Shown here in pieces: positions 8,655 to 22,737 of a DNA stretch of 64,000 nt. The position numbers and the translations under genes are program-made. The DNA comes from an uncultured cyanobacterium (GTDB taxonomy: Bacteria > Cyanobacteriota > Cyanobacteriia > Cyanobacteriales > CAWUOF01): assembly GCA_963744145.1 (NCBI GenBank), contig CAVUSO010000001.1, positions 480,001 to 544,000 on the forward strand, read 5' to 3'. Numbering within the stretch: position 1 is the stretch's first letter; each line of letters starts with the position of its first letter. The notes under the pieces were generated by a model. The model worked only from the letters and a program-made list of their open reading frames with translations, did not search any database and was not told where the DNA came from.

Positions 8655-11600
8655 ATGCTAATACTACCAAATAACCAAGCAATTACATTTATATTAGAAA
8701 TCCTGGAGCTAAGAGCGCAAACTCAGTCTGAGCAGCGATGCTATACTTTTCTGAGCAATGGGGAAACTGAGTCAGGGAGTCTGACCTATAGAGAATTAGT
8801 GAGACAAGCTAGAGCGATCGCCTCCCAGCTCCAATCTGACCGAGGAGAACGAGCATTACTATTATACCATTCTGAATTAGAGTTTATCACAGCGTTTTTT
8901 GGCTGTTTATATGCGGGAGTGGTGGCAGTACCAGTATATCCTCCCAGACGTAATCAGAAATTGTCTCGTTTACTGTCAATCATCAATAATGCCCAAGCCA
9001 AGTTAGCATTGACGACAACAGCAATATTGCCCGACTTGGAGCAGAAGTCAGAAGCACAAACAGAATTAGCTCAGTTAAGGTTAATCGCTACAGATGCGAT
9101 CGCTGCTAATAGTGAAGAATTTGTATTGCCATCAGTCACACCAGAAACTTTGGCGTTTTTGCAATACACTTCGGGTTCTACGGGAACACCCAAAGGAGTG
9201 ATGGTAACACATGGCAATATCATTCATAATCAGCAGTTAATTCAGCAAGCTTTTGGTCATAGTGAGAAGACCATATTTGCGGGTTGGTTGCCATTGTTTC
9301 ATGATATGGGACTAATTGGTAATGTATTGCAACCAATGTATCTGGGAATTCCCTGTATTTTGATGCCCCCAGTAGCATTTCTGCAAAAGCCGATTCGTTG
9401 GTTGCAGATGATTTCTAAATATCAAGCGACTACCAGTGGTGGACCGAATTTCGCTTATGATTTATGTGTAAAAAAAATTCCAGACGAACAATTAGGGGAA
9501 CTAGACTTGAGGAGTTGGGATGTAGCTTTTAATGGAGCTGAACCAGTCCGAGCAGAAACCCTGGAGCAATTTAGTCAAAAATTTGCCGAATGTGGTTTTA
9601 ATTATAATGCTTTTTATCCTTGTTATGGCATGGCGGAGACAACGCTATTAACAACAGGTGGGGAGAAGACTCAAAGTCCAGTAGTTCAAAGAGTTAAGGC
9701 TGAGGAACTAGAGCAAAATTTGGTAGTAGATAGTGAGAGCGAAACAGCAGAAAGTCGTACATTTATAGGATGTGGTCATCCCTACCAAGACACCACAGTA
9801 GTAATAGTTAACCCGGAGTTATTAACTCCCTGTGCAGAAAGACAAGTCGGAGAAATTTGGGTATCAGGTGGGAGTGTAGCGGCGGGATATTGGCAGAGTC
9901 CTGAAGCAACAGCAGAAACATTTCAAGCAGCTCTAAGGGATAGCGGTGCAGGTCCTTTTCTTCGCACAGGAGACTTAGGGTTTTTCCTGAATGGAGAGTT
10001 GTTTGTGACAGGGAGAAGAAAAGATTTAATTATTATTAAAGGCAGAAATCATTATCCCCAAGACCTAGAAGTAACAGTAGAAAAAAGTCATCCTGCCCTC
10101 CGAGAGAATTGTAGTGCAGCATTTTCAGTAGAAAGGCAAGGAGAGGAAAAGCTGATAGTTGCTTGTGAGGTAGAAAGAACTGAACTCAGGAAACTGAAGC
10201 TAGATGAGATTGTCAGAGAAATCCAAATTGCAGTAGCCACAGAACATGAGTTAGAAGTTGATGGAGTTGTCTTGTTGAAGACCGGAAGTATTCCGAAAAC
10301 TTCGAGTGGAAAAATTCAACGTCGAGCTGGTCAATTAGGATTTTTAGAGAATAGTTTAGAGAGCGTAGGCAGGTGGGAAAAACCTCTCTCAAATGAACGG
10401 GAAATATATGTAGAACCTCTCTCAAATGAACGGGAAATATATGTAGCACCAAGGACTGGCAATGAAGAACTCATTGCTAACATTTTCGCCCAAGTCCTAG
10501 GGATAGAAGCAGTAGGAATTCATGACAACTTCTTTGGCTTGGGAGGACATTCTCTCTTAGCCACCCAATTAATTTCCCGACTCCAACTTACCTTTGGTGT
10601 AGAAATCCCCCTAAGAACAATCTTTGCATCTCCAACAGTAACTCAATTAGAGCAAACATTAACCCAGTTATGTAAGACGGGAAGTGGATTAAGTCTACCT
10701 CCAATTCAACCCAGAAAAGAGGGAGAAGAATTACCCCTATCATGGGCACAAGAACGACTGTGGTTCCTGAATCAACTAGAAGGGGCAAGTGCGACTTATA
10801 ACCTAGCAGGAGCGTTTCGGATCACTGGGGACTTAGATATTAATGCACTGCAACAAGCATTAGCCGAGATAGTCCGCTTCGTCACGAGGTACTACGCACA
10901 AGCTTCGCTACAGTAAATGGTCAACCAGTTCAGGTAATTGACTCAGCAGCCACCATCAACATGAATGTGGTGGATTTACCACAAATACCAGATCCAGAAC
11001 GCGAACAGCATTTACAGCAGTTAATACAACAAGAAGCAATTACCCCCTTTGACTTAGAAATAGCACCTTTAATCCGAGCCAGTTTGTTCCAGTTATCAGC
11101 CCGAGAATATGTGTTATTAATCACCATGCACCACATTGTTTCGGATGGTTGGTCAATCGGAGTATTCAGCTCGGAACTATCGGTTTTATATCAAGCTTTT
11201 AGTAGAGGAGAAGTATCACCCTTACCAGCATTAGCGATTCAGTATGCCGACTTTACCTGGTGGCAAAGAGAATGGTTGAGTGGTCGAAAGTTGGAAAATC
11301 AACTTAATTATTGGAACCAGCAACTTATGGGTGCTAATCCTATACTGGAATTACCTACAGATTATCTACGCCCTCCAGTTCAGACATTTTCTGGTGCTAA
11401 CCAATCTTTGCTGCTCAATCAGGAGCTAATAACAGCGATCAAAACCTTGTCTTATCAGCAAGGAGTGACCTTATTTATGATCTTATTAGCGGCATTCCAG
11501 GTATTACTGTATCGTTATAGTGGGCAAGAAGATATTATTGTTGGTTTTCCCGTTGCTGGTCGTAATCGGGCTGAGGTGGAGAACATGATTGGATTTTTCA

Positions 11601-14600
11601 TTAATACGCTTGTCCTGAGAACTAAATTAGTCGGTAATCCCAGTTTTTTAGAATTATTAAAACAAGTTTACCAAGCGGCATTAGATGCTTATCTTTATCA
11701 AGATATGCCTTTTGAGAAAATAGTGCAATCACTCAAACTCAAACCAGACTTGAGTCGTAACCCCCTATTTCAAGTGTGTTTCAATATGCTCAATTTAGAA
11801 GATATAAAACTGGAATTACCAAGTATGGCTGTGGCAACAATAAATATGCCAAAGACTAATACCAAATTTGACATCGATCTATATCTTCAAGAGCAAAATG
11901 ATGGAGTTAAACTAGATTTAACGTATAATTCTGATCTATTTAAACCAGAGCGAATGAAAGAAATGCTCCATCAATTTCAGCATTTGCTTGAGCAAATAGT
12001 TGTTAATCCTGAAGTTAAAATTGCTGAAATTTCTTTAGTCACTCAGAGAGCAGAATTATTGTTGCCAAATCCACGACAGCTATTGTCTAAAAACTTGACG
12101 CTACCTGGTCATATCGGTTTTTGGCAACAAGCTCAAAAGCTGCCAGATCAAATAGCGATAGTTGATGCACAAGTCAGATGGACTTACGCTGAACTAGAAG
12201 AACGTAGTAACTTACTGGCTGATTATTTGCTCGTAAATCAAATAAAATCCCAAGATATTGTAGCTATCTATGGTCATCGCAGTGCTGGCTTAGTTTGGGC
12301 AATACTAGGTATTCTCAAAGCTGGTGCAGCTTTTGTGATCCTCGATCCAGCTTATCCCTCATTCCGTTTAATCGATTGTCTAGAAGTTGCTCAACCTCGC
12401 GCTTGGTTGCAAATCAGTATAGCCGGAGCAATTACAGATTCTTTGCAAGATTATCTAGAAACTTTAGCTTTAAAGTGTAATTTACAACTTCCTCAAGGCT
12501 CAATCGCTGAAATTCGCCACTTATTTTCGGATTATGTACCTAGCAATCCAGAAATAGTAGTGGAGCCAGACCAATTAGCCTACATCGCTTTTACTTCTGG
12601 TTCGAGCGGAAAACCTAAAGGAATTCTCGGTACTCACAGACCTCTATCCCATTTTATCCAATGGCATTGTCAGACCTTTGGACTGAAGGAGTCAGACCGA
12701 TTTAGTATGCTCTCTGGACTATCTCACGATCCCTTACTACGGGATATATTCACACCATTATCGCTAGGTGCAACTTTATGTATTCCTCAGTCATTAGATA
12801 TTGAGACACCTGAGCAACTAGCTAATTGGCTCAAAGAACAGCAAATAACTATTACTCATCTAACGCCAGCGCTCGCCCAATTATTATTAATAGGAAATCC
12901 GATAGAGCCAACCCTATACTTACGTTATATATTTTTTGGTGGGGATGTTTTAAAAATGCCGGATGTCCTAAACATCAAGGATTTTGCGCCTCATGCCACC
13001 TGTATTAATTTCTATGGAGCTACAGAAACGCCACAAGTAATGAGTTATTTTATCATCCCCGACTCAAGTAATCAGGTAGATTTGAATAGGAAAAATATAC
13101 CTCTGGGTCGAGGGATTGAAAATGTGCAACTTTTAATACTAAATAATCAACAAAATTTAGCTGGAATTGGAGAATTAGGAGAAATTTATGTACGTACCCC
13201 TTATTTAAGTAAGGGGTATATTGGCAGTAATGAACTTAACGAAGAGAGATTCATCATCAATCCAATCACTGAAATACCAGATGACAAACTGTACAAAACG
13301 GGTGACCTTGCCCGTTACTTAGCAGATGGAAACATCGAATACTTTGGTCGCATAGATAACCAAGTGAAGATTCGTGGTTTCCGCATCGAATTAGGCGAAA
13401 TCGAAGCAGTCCTCAACACCCATGCTCAAATCCAACAAGCTGTGGTAATGCCGCGAGAAGATGTTCCTGGAGACAAACGCTTGGTTGCATATATAGTCAC
13501 CTCAGATGAATCACTGACCAGCCATCAATTGCGGGAATTTCTCAAGCAAAAGCTCCCAGAATACATGGTGCCCAGTGCTTGGGTGATGTTAGACAAGTTA
13601 CCGTTAACACCCAACGGGAAAATCGATCGCCAAGCATTACCAGCACCTGATGGGGAAATAACTAGAACAGATCAGTATGTAGCCCCAAGAACACCAAGGG
13701 AAGAAATCATTGCTAATATTTTCGCTCAAGTTCTCAATGTGCAGAATGTAGGAATTGATCACAATTTCTTTGAATTAGGCGGACATTCTCTCTTAGCGAC
13801 CCAATTAGTTTCTCGACTCCGACGGGCTTTTGGGGTCGAAATTCCCTTGCGAGCCATCTTTGCAGCGCCGACAGTAGTTGAATTAAACCAAACCTTAACC
13901 CAGTTAAGTAATCAGGGAAGTGGATTAGGTCTGCCACCCATTCAACCAAGAGAAGAGCGAGAAGAATTACCCCTATCATGGGCGCAAGAAGGACTGTGGT
14001 TCCTGAATCAACTCGAAGGTGCAAGTGCTACATATAATATGCCAGGAGCAGTTCGCATCACTGGTGATTTAGATATTAATGTACTGCAACAAGCATTAGC
14101 CGAGATCGTCCGCCGTCACGAGGTACTACGCACAAGCTTCGCCACAGTAAATGGTCAACCAGTTCAGGTAATTGACTCAGCAGCGACCATCAACATCAAG
14201 GTGGTGGATTTACCACAACTACCAGATGCAGAAGGTGAACAGCATTTACAGCAGTTAATACAACAAGAAGCACATACCCCCTTTGACTTAGAAATAGCAC
14301 CTTTAATCCGCTCTAGTTTGTTAAGGTTATCAGCAACAGAATATGTGTTATTGCTGACCATGTATCATATTGTTTCAGATGGTTGGTCAATTGGTATATT
14401 CAGTTCAGAACTATCGTCTTTATATCAAGCTTTTAGTCGAGGAGAAGCATCACCCTTACCAGCATTAGCGATTCAGTATGCCGACTTTACAGTTTGGCAA
14501 AGAGAATGGTTAAGTGGGGAAATATTAGCAACTCAACTTAATTACTGGCGATCGCAATTAAAAGATGCTCCATCACTATTACAATTACCAACAGATCGCC

Positions 14601-17600
14601 CTCGTCCCAGTGTCCAAACTTACCGAGGCAGTACCCAAACTTTTAGCTTAAATCCTGATTTAACCAAGCAGTTACAAACTCGATCGCGAGCATCGGGGAC
14701 GACCTTATTTATGACCCTGGTGGCAACATTTGCGACATTATTACATCGCTACAGTGGTGAATCAGATATTTTAATCGGTACTCCCATTGCGAATCGTAAT
14801 CGGGAAGAAATTGAAGGGCTGATTGGCTTTTTTGTGAATACATTAGTGTTGAGAACCCAGGTAGAAAATAATCCGAGTTTTGAGGAGCTACTGACACAAG
14901 TAAGGGAAACCACACTCCAAGCTTATCAGCATCAGGATGTACCTTTTGAACAAGTAGTAGAAGCCTTACAACCAGAACGTTCTTTAAGTCATTCACCGCT
15001 GTTCCAGGTGACGTTTGTCTTCCAAAATACACCCATGAGGGACTTAGAATTACCGGGTGTAGTCGTGGCTCAGTTATCGACAGAAAGCACAATTGCCAAG
15101 TTTGATTTAACCTTGTCAATGACGGAAAGTGAGTCGGGATTAGTCGGAGAATGGGAGTACAATACAGATTTATTTGATGACACAACTATTGAGCGGATGG
15201 CGACTCATTTTCAGAATTTATTGTTAGCGATCGCCGAAAATCCGCACCAAAGGGTGGGTGAAATCCCTCTGTTGAGTGCCGCCGAACGACATCAGTTGTT
15301 AGTCGAGTGGAATGATACCGCCACCGAATATCCCAGGGATAAATGTATTCATCAGTTGTTTGAGGAACAAGTAGAAAAAACGCCTTTAGCCGTAGCAGTA
15401 GTATTTGAGAACCAGCAGTTAACCTATCAAGAATTAAATCAAAAATCTAACCAATTGGCACATTACCTCCAAGGTTTAGGAGTAGGACTAGAAGTGTTGG
15501 TGGGGATTTGTGTAGAGCGATCGCCCTCAATGGTGGTAGGACTATTGGGGATTCTCAAAGCGGGTGGAGCTTATGTGCCTCTTGACCCCAATTATCCTCA
15601 AGAAAGGCTGAGTTATATGTTAGCAGATTCCGGTGTAGGAGTGTTGTTAACTCAACAGTCTTTATTGGCATCTTTACCATCACATAGCGCACAGATAGTT
15701 GGTTTAGATACGGATTGGGAAGCGATCGCTCAAGCGAGTCAGGAGAATCTTGATGCTGGGGTAGGTGCAGAGAATTTAGCTTATGTAATCTACACATCAG
15801 GTTCGACGGGACTACCCAAGGGAGTAGCGATTGAACATCAAAGTCCGGTAGCTTTAGGTTATTGGGCTAGACAAACATTTACGACGGCACAGCTGAGTGG
15901 GGTTTTGGCGTCAACTTCTATTTGTTTTGATTTATCGGTGTTTGAGTTATTTGTCACCCTATTTATGGGCGGGAAAATAATTCTGGTCCGATCATGCTCT
16001 GGATCTAATCAATCTGAAAGCAGCAGCAGAAATAACTTTAATTAATACTGTGCCTTCGGCGATCGCTGAATTGTTAAGAATCGAGGGCATACCAGCACAA
16101 GTCCAAACTGTAAATTTGGCGGGGGAATCGCTGCCAAATCAAATAGTAGAGCAGTTGTACAAACAGGAAAATATTGAGAGAGTATATAATTTGTATGGGC
16201 CATCAGAAGATACCACCTACTCGACCTTTGCTTTGATCGAAAAGGGCACAAACACCGCACCTACCATTGGTCGCCCCATCAGCAATAGCCAAATTTATAT
16301 CCTCGACCAATATCTGCAACCAGTACCGATCGATGTAGCTGGAGAAATCTACTTAGGTGGTGATGGTCTGGCTCGAGGCTACTTGAATCGCCCAGAACTA
16401 ACCACGGAAAAATTTATTCCTCATCCCTTTAGTAATCAACCAAATGCTCGTCTCTATAAAACCGGAGACTTAGCCCGTTATCTCCCAGATGGCAATATTG
16501 AGTATATAGGACGCATCGATCATCAGGTGAAGATTCGTGGTTTCCGGATCGAGTTAGGGGAAATTGAAGCAGTCCTCAATGCTCATCCTCAAATCCAGCA
16601 AGCTCTAGTAATGCCGCGAGAAGAGGTTCCTGGTAATAAACGCTTAGTTGCATATATAGTCAGCGCGGATGAATCACTGACTAGCCATCAATTGCGGGAA
16701 TTTCTCCAGCAAAAGCTCCCAGAATACATGGTGCCTAGTGCTTGGGTGATGTTAGACCAATTCCCGTTAACAGCCAACGGGAAAATCGATCGCCAAGCAC
16801 TACCAGCACCCGATGGGGAAATCACTAGAGCAGATGAGTATGTAGCACCAAGAACGCCAAGTGAAGAAATCATCGCCAACATCTTCGCTCAAGTTCTAGG
16901 GGTGCAAAAGGTCGGAATTCATGATAACTTCTTTGAATTAGGCGGACATTCTCTCTTAGCGACCCAATTAGTTTCTCGGCTCCGACGAGCTTTTGGCGTC
17001 GAAATTCCCCTGCGAGCCATCTTTGCAGCACCAACAGTAGTTGAATTAAACCAAACCTTAACCCAGTTAAGTCATCAGGGCAGTCAAGTCAGTCTGCCAC
17101 CCATTCAACCCAGAAAAGAGGGAGAAGAATTACTCCTATCATGGGCGCAAGAACGACTGTGGTTTCTGAATCAATTAGAAGGGGCAAGTGCTACTTACAA
17201 TATCCCAGGAGCATTTCGCTTGACTGGGGATTTAGATATTAAAGCACTACAACAAGCATTAGCAGAGATCGTCCGCCGCCATGAAGTCCTACGCACGAGC
17301 TTCACTACAGTAAATGGTCAACCAGTTCAGGTAATTGACTCAATTGCCACCATCAACATCAAGGTGGTGGATTTACCACAATTACCTGATGCAGAAGGTG
17401 AACAGCATTTACAGCAGTTAGTACAACAAGAAGCACATACCCCCTTTGACTTAGAAATAGCACCCTTAATCCGCTCTAGTTTGTTAAGGTTATCAGCGAC
17501 AGAATATGTGTTATTAATCACTATGCACCACATTGTTTCAGATGGGTGGTCAATTGGTGTATTCAGTTCAGAACTATCGGCTTTATATCAAGCTTTTAGT

Positions 17601-20600
17601 CGAGGAGAAGCATCACCCTTACCAGCATTAGCGATTCAGTATGCCGACTTTACAGTTTGGCAAAGAGAATGGTTAAGTGGGGAAATATTAGCAACTCAAC
17701 TGAATTATTGGCAAGCGCAATTAGCCGGGATTCCATCCTTATTACAATTACCAACGGATCGCCCTCGTCCCAGTATCCAAACTTATCGAGGAAATACCCA
17801 AACTTTTAGCTTAAATTCTGATTTAACCAAGCAGTTGCAAACTCTGTCGCGGACATCGGGGACGACCTTATTTATGACCCTGGTGGCAGCGTTTGCCACA
17901 TTACTACATCGCTACAGTGGTGAATCAGATATTTTAATCGGTACTCCCATTGCCAATCGTACTAGGGGAGAAATTGAAGGGCTGATCGGATTTTTTGTGA
18001 ATACATTGGTGTTGAGAACCCAGGTAGAAAATAATCCGAGTTTTGAGGAGCTACTGACACAAGTAAGGGAAACCACCCTGCAAGCCTATCAACATCAGGA
18101 TCTGCCGTTTGAACAAGTAGTAGAAGCCTTACAACCAGAACGTTCCTTAAGTCATTCGCCGCTGTTCCAGGTGATGTTTGCCTTCCAAAATACACCCATG
18201 AGGGACTTAGAATTACCGGGTGTAGTCGTGGCTCAGTTATCGACAGAAAGCACAATTGCCAAGTTTGATTTAACCTTGTCAATGACGGAAAGTGAGTCGG
18301 GATTAGTCGGAGCATGGGAGTACAATACGGACTTATTTGATGGCACAACCATTGAGCGGATGGCGACTCATTTTCAGAATTTGTTGTCCGCAATTGAGGA
18401 AAATCCTCAACAAAAGGTGAGTGAAATTCCTCTGTTGAGTGCAGCAGAACGACATCAGTTGTTAGTAGAGTGGAATGATACCGCTACCGAATATCCGAGG
18501 GATAAATGTATTCATCAGTTGTTTGAAGAACAAGTAGAAAAAACACCTTTAGCCGTAGCAGTAGTATTTGAAAACCAGCAGTTAACCTATCAAGAATTAA
18601 ATCAAAAATCTAACCAACTGGCACATTACCTCCAAGGTTTAGGAGTAGGACCAGAGGTGTTGGTGGGGATTTGTGTAGAGCGATCGCTCTCGATGGTGAT
18701 CGGACTATTAGGGATTCTCAAAGCGGGTGGAGCTTATGTACCAATTGATCCTAATTATCCCCAGGAACGGGTTAATTTCATCTTAGCGGATACTCAAGTA
18801 TCAGTATTGTTGACGCAAGAGCAGTGGGCATCAGATTTACGGCAACAGGATGTTACTATCCTATGTCTAGACAAGAATTGGCATGAGATCGCCCAGCATG
18901 ATCAACAAAACCTAATCACTGAGGTGAGTTCTAGCAACCTAGCCTACACCATTTTCACTTCTGGGTCTACAGGTAAGCCGAAAGCTGTGCAAATTGGACA
19001 TAGGGCTGTAGTCAATTTCTTAGGTACTATGCGCCAGCACATCGGGATGACAGCAGATGATGTGCTGCTTGGGGTGACAACTTTTACCTTTGACATTGCG
19101 GGATTAGAAATTTTCTTGCCGCTGATTGTGGGTGCTTACGTGGTAGTAGCCAAGCGTGAAGTCACCGTTGATGGCCAACAGTTATTAGACTTACTGGTAA
19201 ACTCTTGCATCACTGTGATGCAAGCTACTCCAGCCACCTGGCAGTTACTGCTCGAAGCTGGATGGCCGAATTCGGCTCAATTAAAAATCCTTTGTGGTGG
19301 TGAAGCCTTACCCAGAAAACTAGCCCAGGAATTACAAGCCAGGAGTAGTTGTTTGTGGAACCTCTATGGACCAACAGAGACTACCATCTGGTCACTGATT
19401 GCTCAGGTAGATGCTCAATCCGGATTAATTTCTATTGGTAAACCAATTGCTAATACGGAAGTTTATATCCTAGACCATTATCTCCAACCAGTGCCGATCG
19501 GTGTGTCTGGGGAATTACATATTGGTGGTGCAGGATTAGCCCGATGCTACCTCAACCGTCCAGAACTAACAGCAGAAAAATTTATTCAAAATCCATTCTC
19601 AGATAATAAATCAAAACGCCTTTACCAAACAGGTGATCTAGCCCGATACTTAAACGATGGTAAGATCGAATACTTAGGGCGGATGGATAACCAAGTGAAG
19701 ATTCGTGGTTTCCGCATCGAATTAGGCGAAATCGAAGCAGTCCTTAATCATCATCATCAAATCCAACAGGCTGTAGTAATGTCGCGAGAAGATGTTTCTG
19801 GGAACAAACGCTTAGTTGCATATATAGTCAGCACGGATGAATCATTGACCAGCCATCAATTGCGGGAATTTCTCAAGCAAAAGCTCCCAGAATATATGGT
19901 GCCTAGTGCTTGGGTGATGTTAGACAAGTTACCGTTAACAGCCAACAGGAAAATCGATCGCCAAGCCTTACCAGCACCCGATGGGGAAATTAGTAGAAGT
20001 AAGGAATACATCGCACCAAGGACAGCGATCGAGCAAATCATCGCTAACATTTTCGCTCAAGTTCTCAATGTGCAAAAGGTCGGAATTCATGACAATTTCT
20101 TTGAACTGGGCGGACATTCTCTCTTAGCCACCCAATTAGTTTCCCGACTCAGACTTGCCTTTGATGTAGAAATACCCATAAGAACTATTTTCACATCACC
20201 CACAGTAGCTCAACTAGACCAAACATTAACCCAGTTACGTACTAGTGAAAGTGGCTTAAGTCTTCCTCCCATTCAACGTGTAACAGACAGCGCACAAGAA
20301 CTAGCGATTCAGCCGGAACAATCTTTCAGCAGTGCATTATCTGAGAGTAAAATTTCTCTTTCCCATGCCATAAGAAAAAACTCACGCATACCACTATCTG
20401 AAGCACAACAGTATATCTGGTATGTTCAGCAATTAAGTCCTGAGAGTTGCGTTTGCAACTCTGGTGTTTTTTTACGGTTAGCTTTCGAGCCTTCAGAAGA
20501 ATTATTGGAAAGGAGCATTAACGAAATTATCCGTCGTTATCAAATTTTGCGAACTACCTTTCCTCTCGTAAATGGTCAACCTGTACAGTCTATCTCTCCA

Positions 20601-21722
20601 GAGCTAACCATATTTCTAAATCTAGTAAATCTGAAAGACTTACATCTAGAAAAGCGACGCGATGTTGCTCTAAAAGTTTTCCATCAAGAGTATAGGCAAC
20701 ACTTTGACTTAGCTTCTGGTCCTTTAATTAAAATAACTTTATTACAGTTGGCTTCAGAAGAGAATTGGCTGTTAATACCCATGCACCACATCATTACAGA
20801 TGGCTGGTCAATTAATATATTTGTTGAAGAATTGCAAATACTTTATCAGGCTTTCTCGAATGGCTTACCTTCCCCCTTACCTGAAGTAGTATTGCAGTAT
20901 GCCGACTTTGCTTTTTGGCAGCAGCAACAGTTTAAAAAGGTATTGCAACAGCAGCTTGATTATTGGCTGCAAAAACTAGTTACTCCTCTGCAAAAATTTA
21001 AGGGAATACCAGCAAAAAAACGCTCAACAAATCTCAAAAAATGCAGCCGCCACGCATCTTTTTACTCTCTAGTTTTGAAAGAAGATATGGTCGCATCACT
21101 TGAATATTTAAGCTCTTCTCAAGAGGTTACTAAATCTACTATATTGATTGCAGCCCTGGTGCTTCTTTTGTTCAAGTGGAATGAGCAACGCGAAATTCTT
21201 ATGGCATTAACCATTGGCAATCGCACAACTCGAGAAATTGAAAAAACTCTCGGTTGCTTTATAAATGATGTAATTTTGCATTTGCAGCTTAATGAAGAAC
21301 AAACAGGAGTTGATCTTTTAAAACAGATTAGAGAAACACTTAATGATATGATCGACAATAAGGATATTGCTTTACAAAAAGTCATGGAATCTGTCAAAAG
21401 GAAAAGAGAAATAAACCTCTTGGCAAGTGTAACTATAAATTTTCCTATAAGAGGTTTAGACCTACTAATGCCTGGGTGGGACTTCCTAGAAGTTCCACCT
21501 ATTGGCAAACAACTGTGGCTCGCAGAAATTCCTCTAGAACTTTATATTGGTTCGAGATCTAAAAATTCTAATATCATTGAAATTGAAGTTTTTTATAGCA
21601 CGGATTTATTCGACCAAGAAACTATTGAGAATTTGTTTAGTTACTATCAGGAAATTTTGCACAAGCTCGCTGAGTTACCTGAAGGGAGTATTGTCAACTT
21701 AAAAAAGCTGGAGAAAAAATAA
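8655..21722 (+). CDS. Lipopeptide NRPS FAAL-T-C-A-T-C-A-T-C-A-T-C, about 4354 aa, split in this sequence by two small insertions (near 10878 and 15988)
   Basis: FAAL (FLQYTSGSTG, GWLPLFHDMGL); four GGHSLL carrier motifs; C motifs HHIVSDG, YHIVSDG, HHIVSDG, HHIITDG; no TE. The three ORFs join after removing TT at 10878-79 (paralogous modules read GTCCGCCGTCAC) and one C at 15988. Confidence 0.9.
10381..10446 (+). repeat. In-frame 33-bp tandem duplication in the FAAL-T linker
   Basis: AACCTCTCTCAAATGAACGGGAAATATATGTAG x2 = PLSNEREIYV twice. Confidence 0.95.
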
Positions 21723-21845
21723 GCACTTATTATCTCTCTAAAACTACTACTAGGTAAGCACTTCGGCAAAATAAATTGCCGATTTTGCTGTAATGGTGTA
21801 AAACAGAGGAAAACCGTAACCGTTCAGGGGGGTAGAAGAGAAAGC

Positions 21846-22250
21846 AATACGGTTCGTTTAAGCTAAAAACCAGATAAAATGAAAGTGTGACCTAAATGGA
21901 CTGAATCGGAATGCAGCTCAAAGAATTTACATTAATATCACCTGTGGTCGAATCAGGGATGATCCTCAAAGCTTTAGAAACAGCGATTCCGTCAGCAGCT
22001 ATTGAAAAAGCCATTGAGTATCCCTATCGAATCATAGGAACGACAGAGGGCTTTACCAACACATTTGGTCATCTGTCTGATCATTAGTATGAGTCTATGG
22101 TCATCCGTGGCAATGAGAACTGTGTTGAAAAATCTGGTGGGGCTTAAGCGAAGTATGGGTGAAAGTAGGTTATTATGGGCAGATCCCATGTAAATCATCG
22201 ATTACAGAAGCGAGACAACGAGTTGGTGCAGGGGTAATGAGTCGTCTGTG
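21846..22250 (+). mobile_element. IS4-family transposase remnant with left IR
   Basis: CAATACGGTTCGTTTAAG IR, then frameshifted MQLKEFTLISP...ERQRALPTHLVICLIISMSLWS...LKNLV (IS4 N-terminal domain-like). Confidence 0.75.
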
Positions 22251-22269
22251 ACCTTTAGTAGTTCGACCA

Positions 22270-22500
22270 CAGGCTACTAGCAGGAAGACCCGTGCGATCT
22301 TACCAGAATGCGTGAACCCAAGTGGTTACGGGGTTAGAGTCGTAGGTATGGTAGCACTGCTGAGTGGAGTAGATCGTAATAGTCAAAGAATGGTACAAAG
22401 TGCCATGCAAGAAGTGTTTGGGCTTGACCTATCCTGGCCCATCTACGACGGGAATTTATCAAAATATCGGAACGTTCGGGAGTCTGTCTGGGAGTCCCTG
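22270..22500 (+). mobile_element. IS66-family transposase fragments
   Basis: PSGYGVRVVGMVALLSG...SQRMVQSAMQEVFGL and AHLRREFIKISER fragments in different frames. Confidence 0.65.
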
Positions 22501-22737
22501 CTAAATTGTGTAGGTATGGTTTTTCAGCTATGATTAGGTATCTTCTTTACCTCTGACACAAATTATTTGACAATCCCGTCAAAATAGGAGAGCATAGGTC
22601 TGCACATCTTCTTTTTACCCAAATATTGCTCGGAAATGAATCCGATTGAATTGGAATGACAACATCTAAAAAAAGATGAACTATTCAGATAATTGTTTGA
22701 TGATGAATTAGACATATCCATTAATTAGCAAAATTAA

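Noticed and set aside
8655-21722. Three separate NRPS genes or programmed frameshifting
   Set aside because: Breaks fall inside C and A domains with no slippery sites; the paralogous modules show the uninterrupted sequence at the first break
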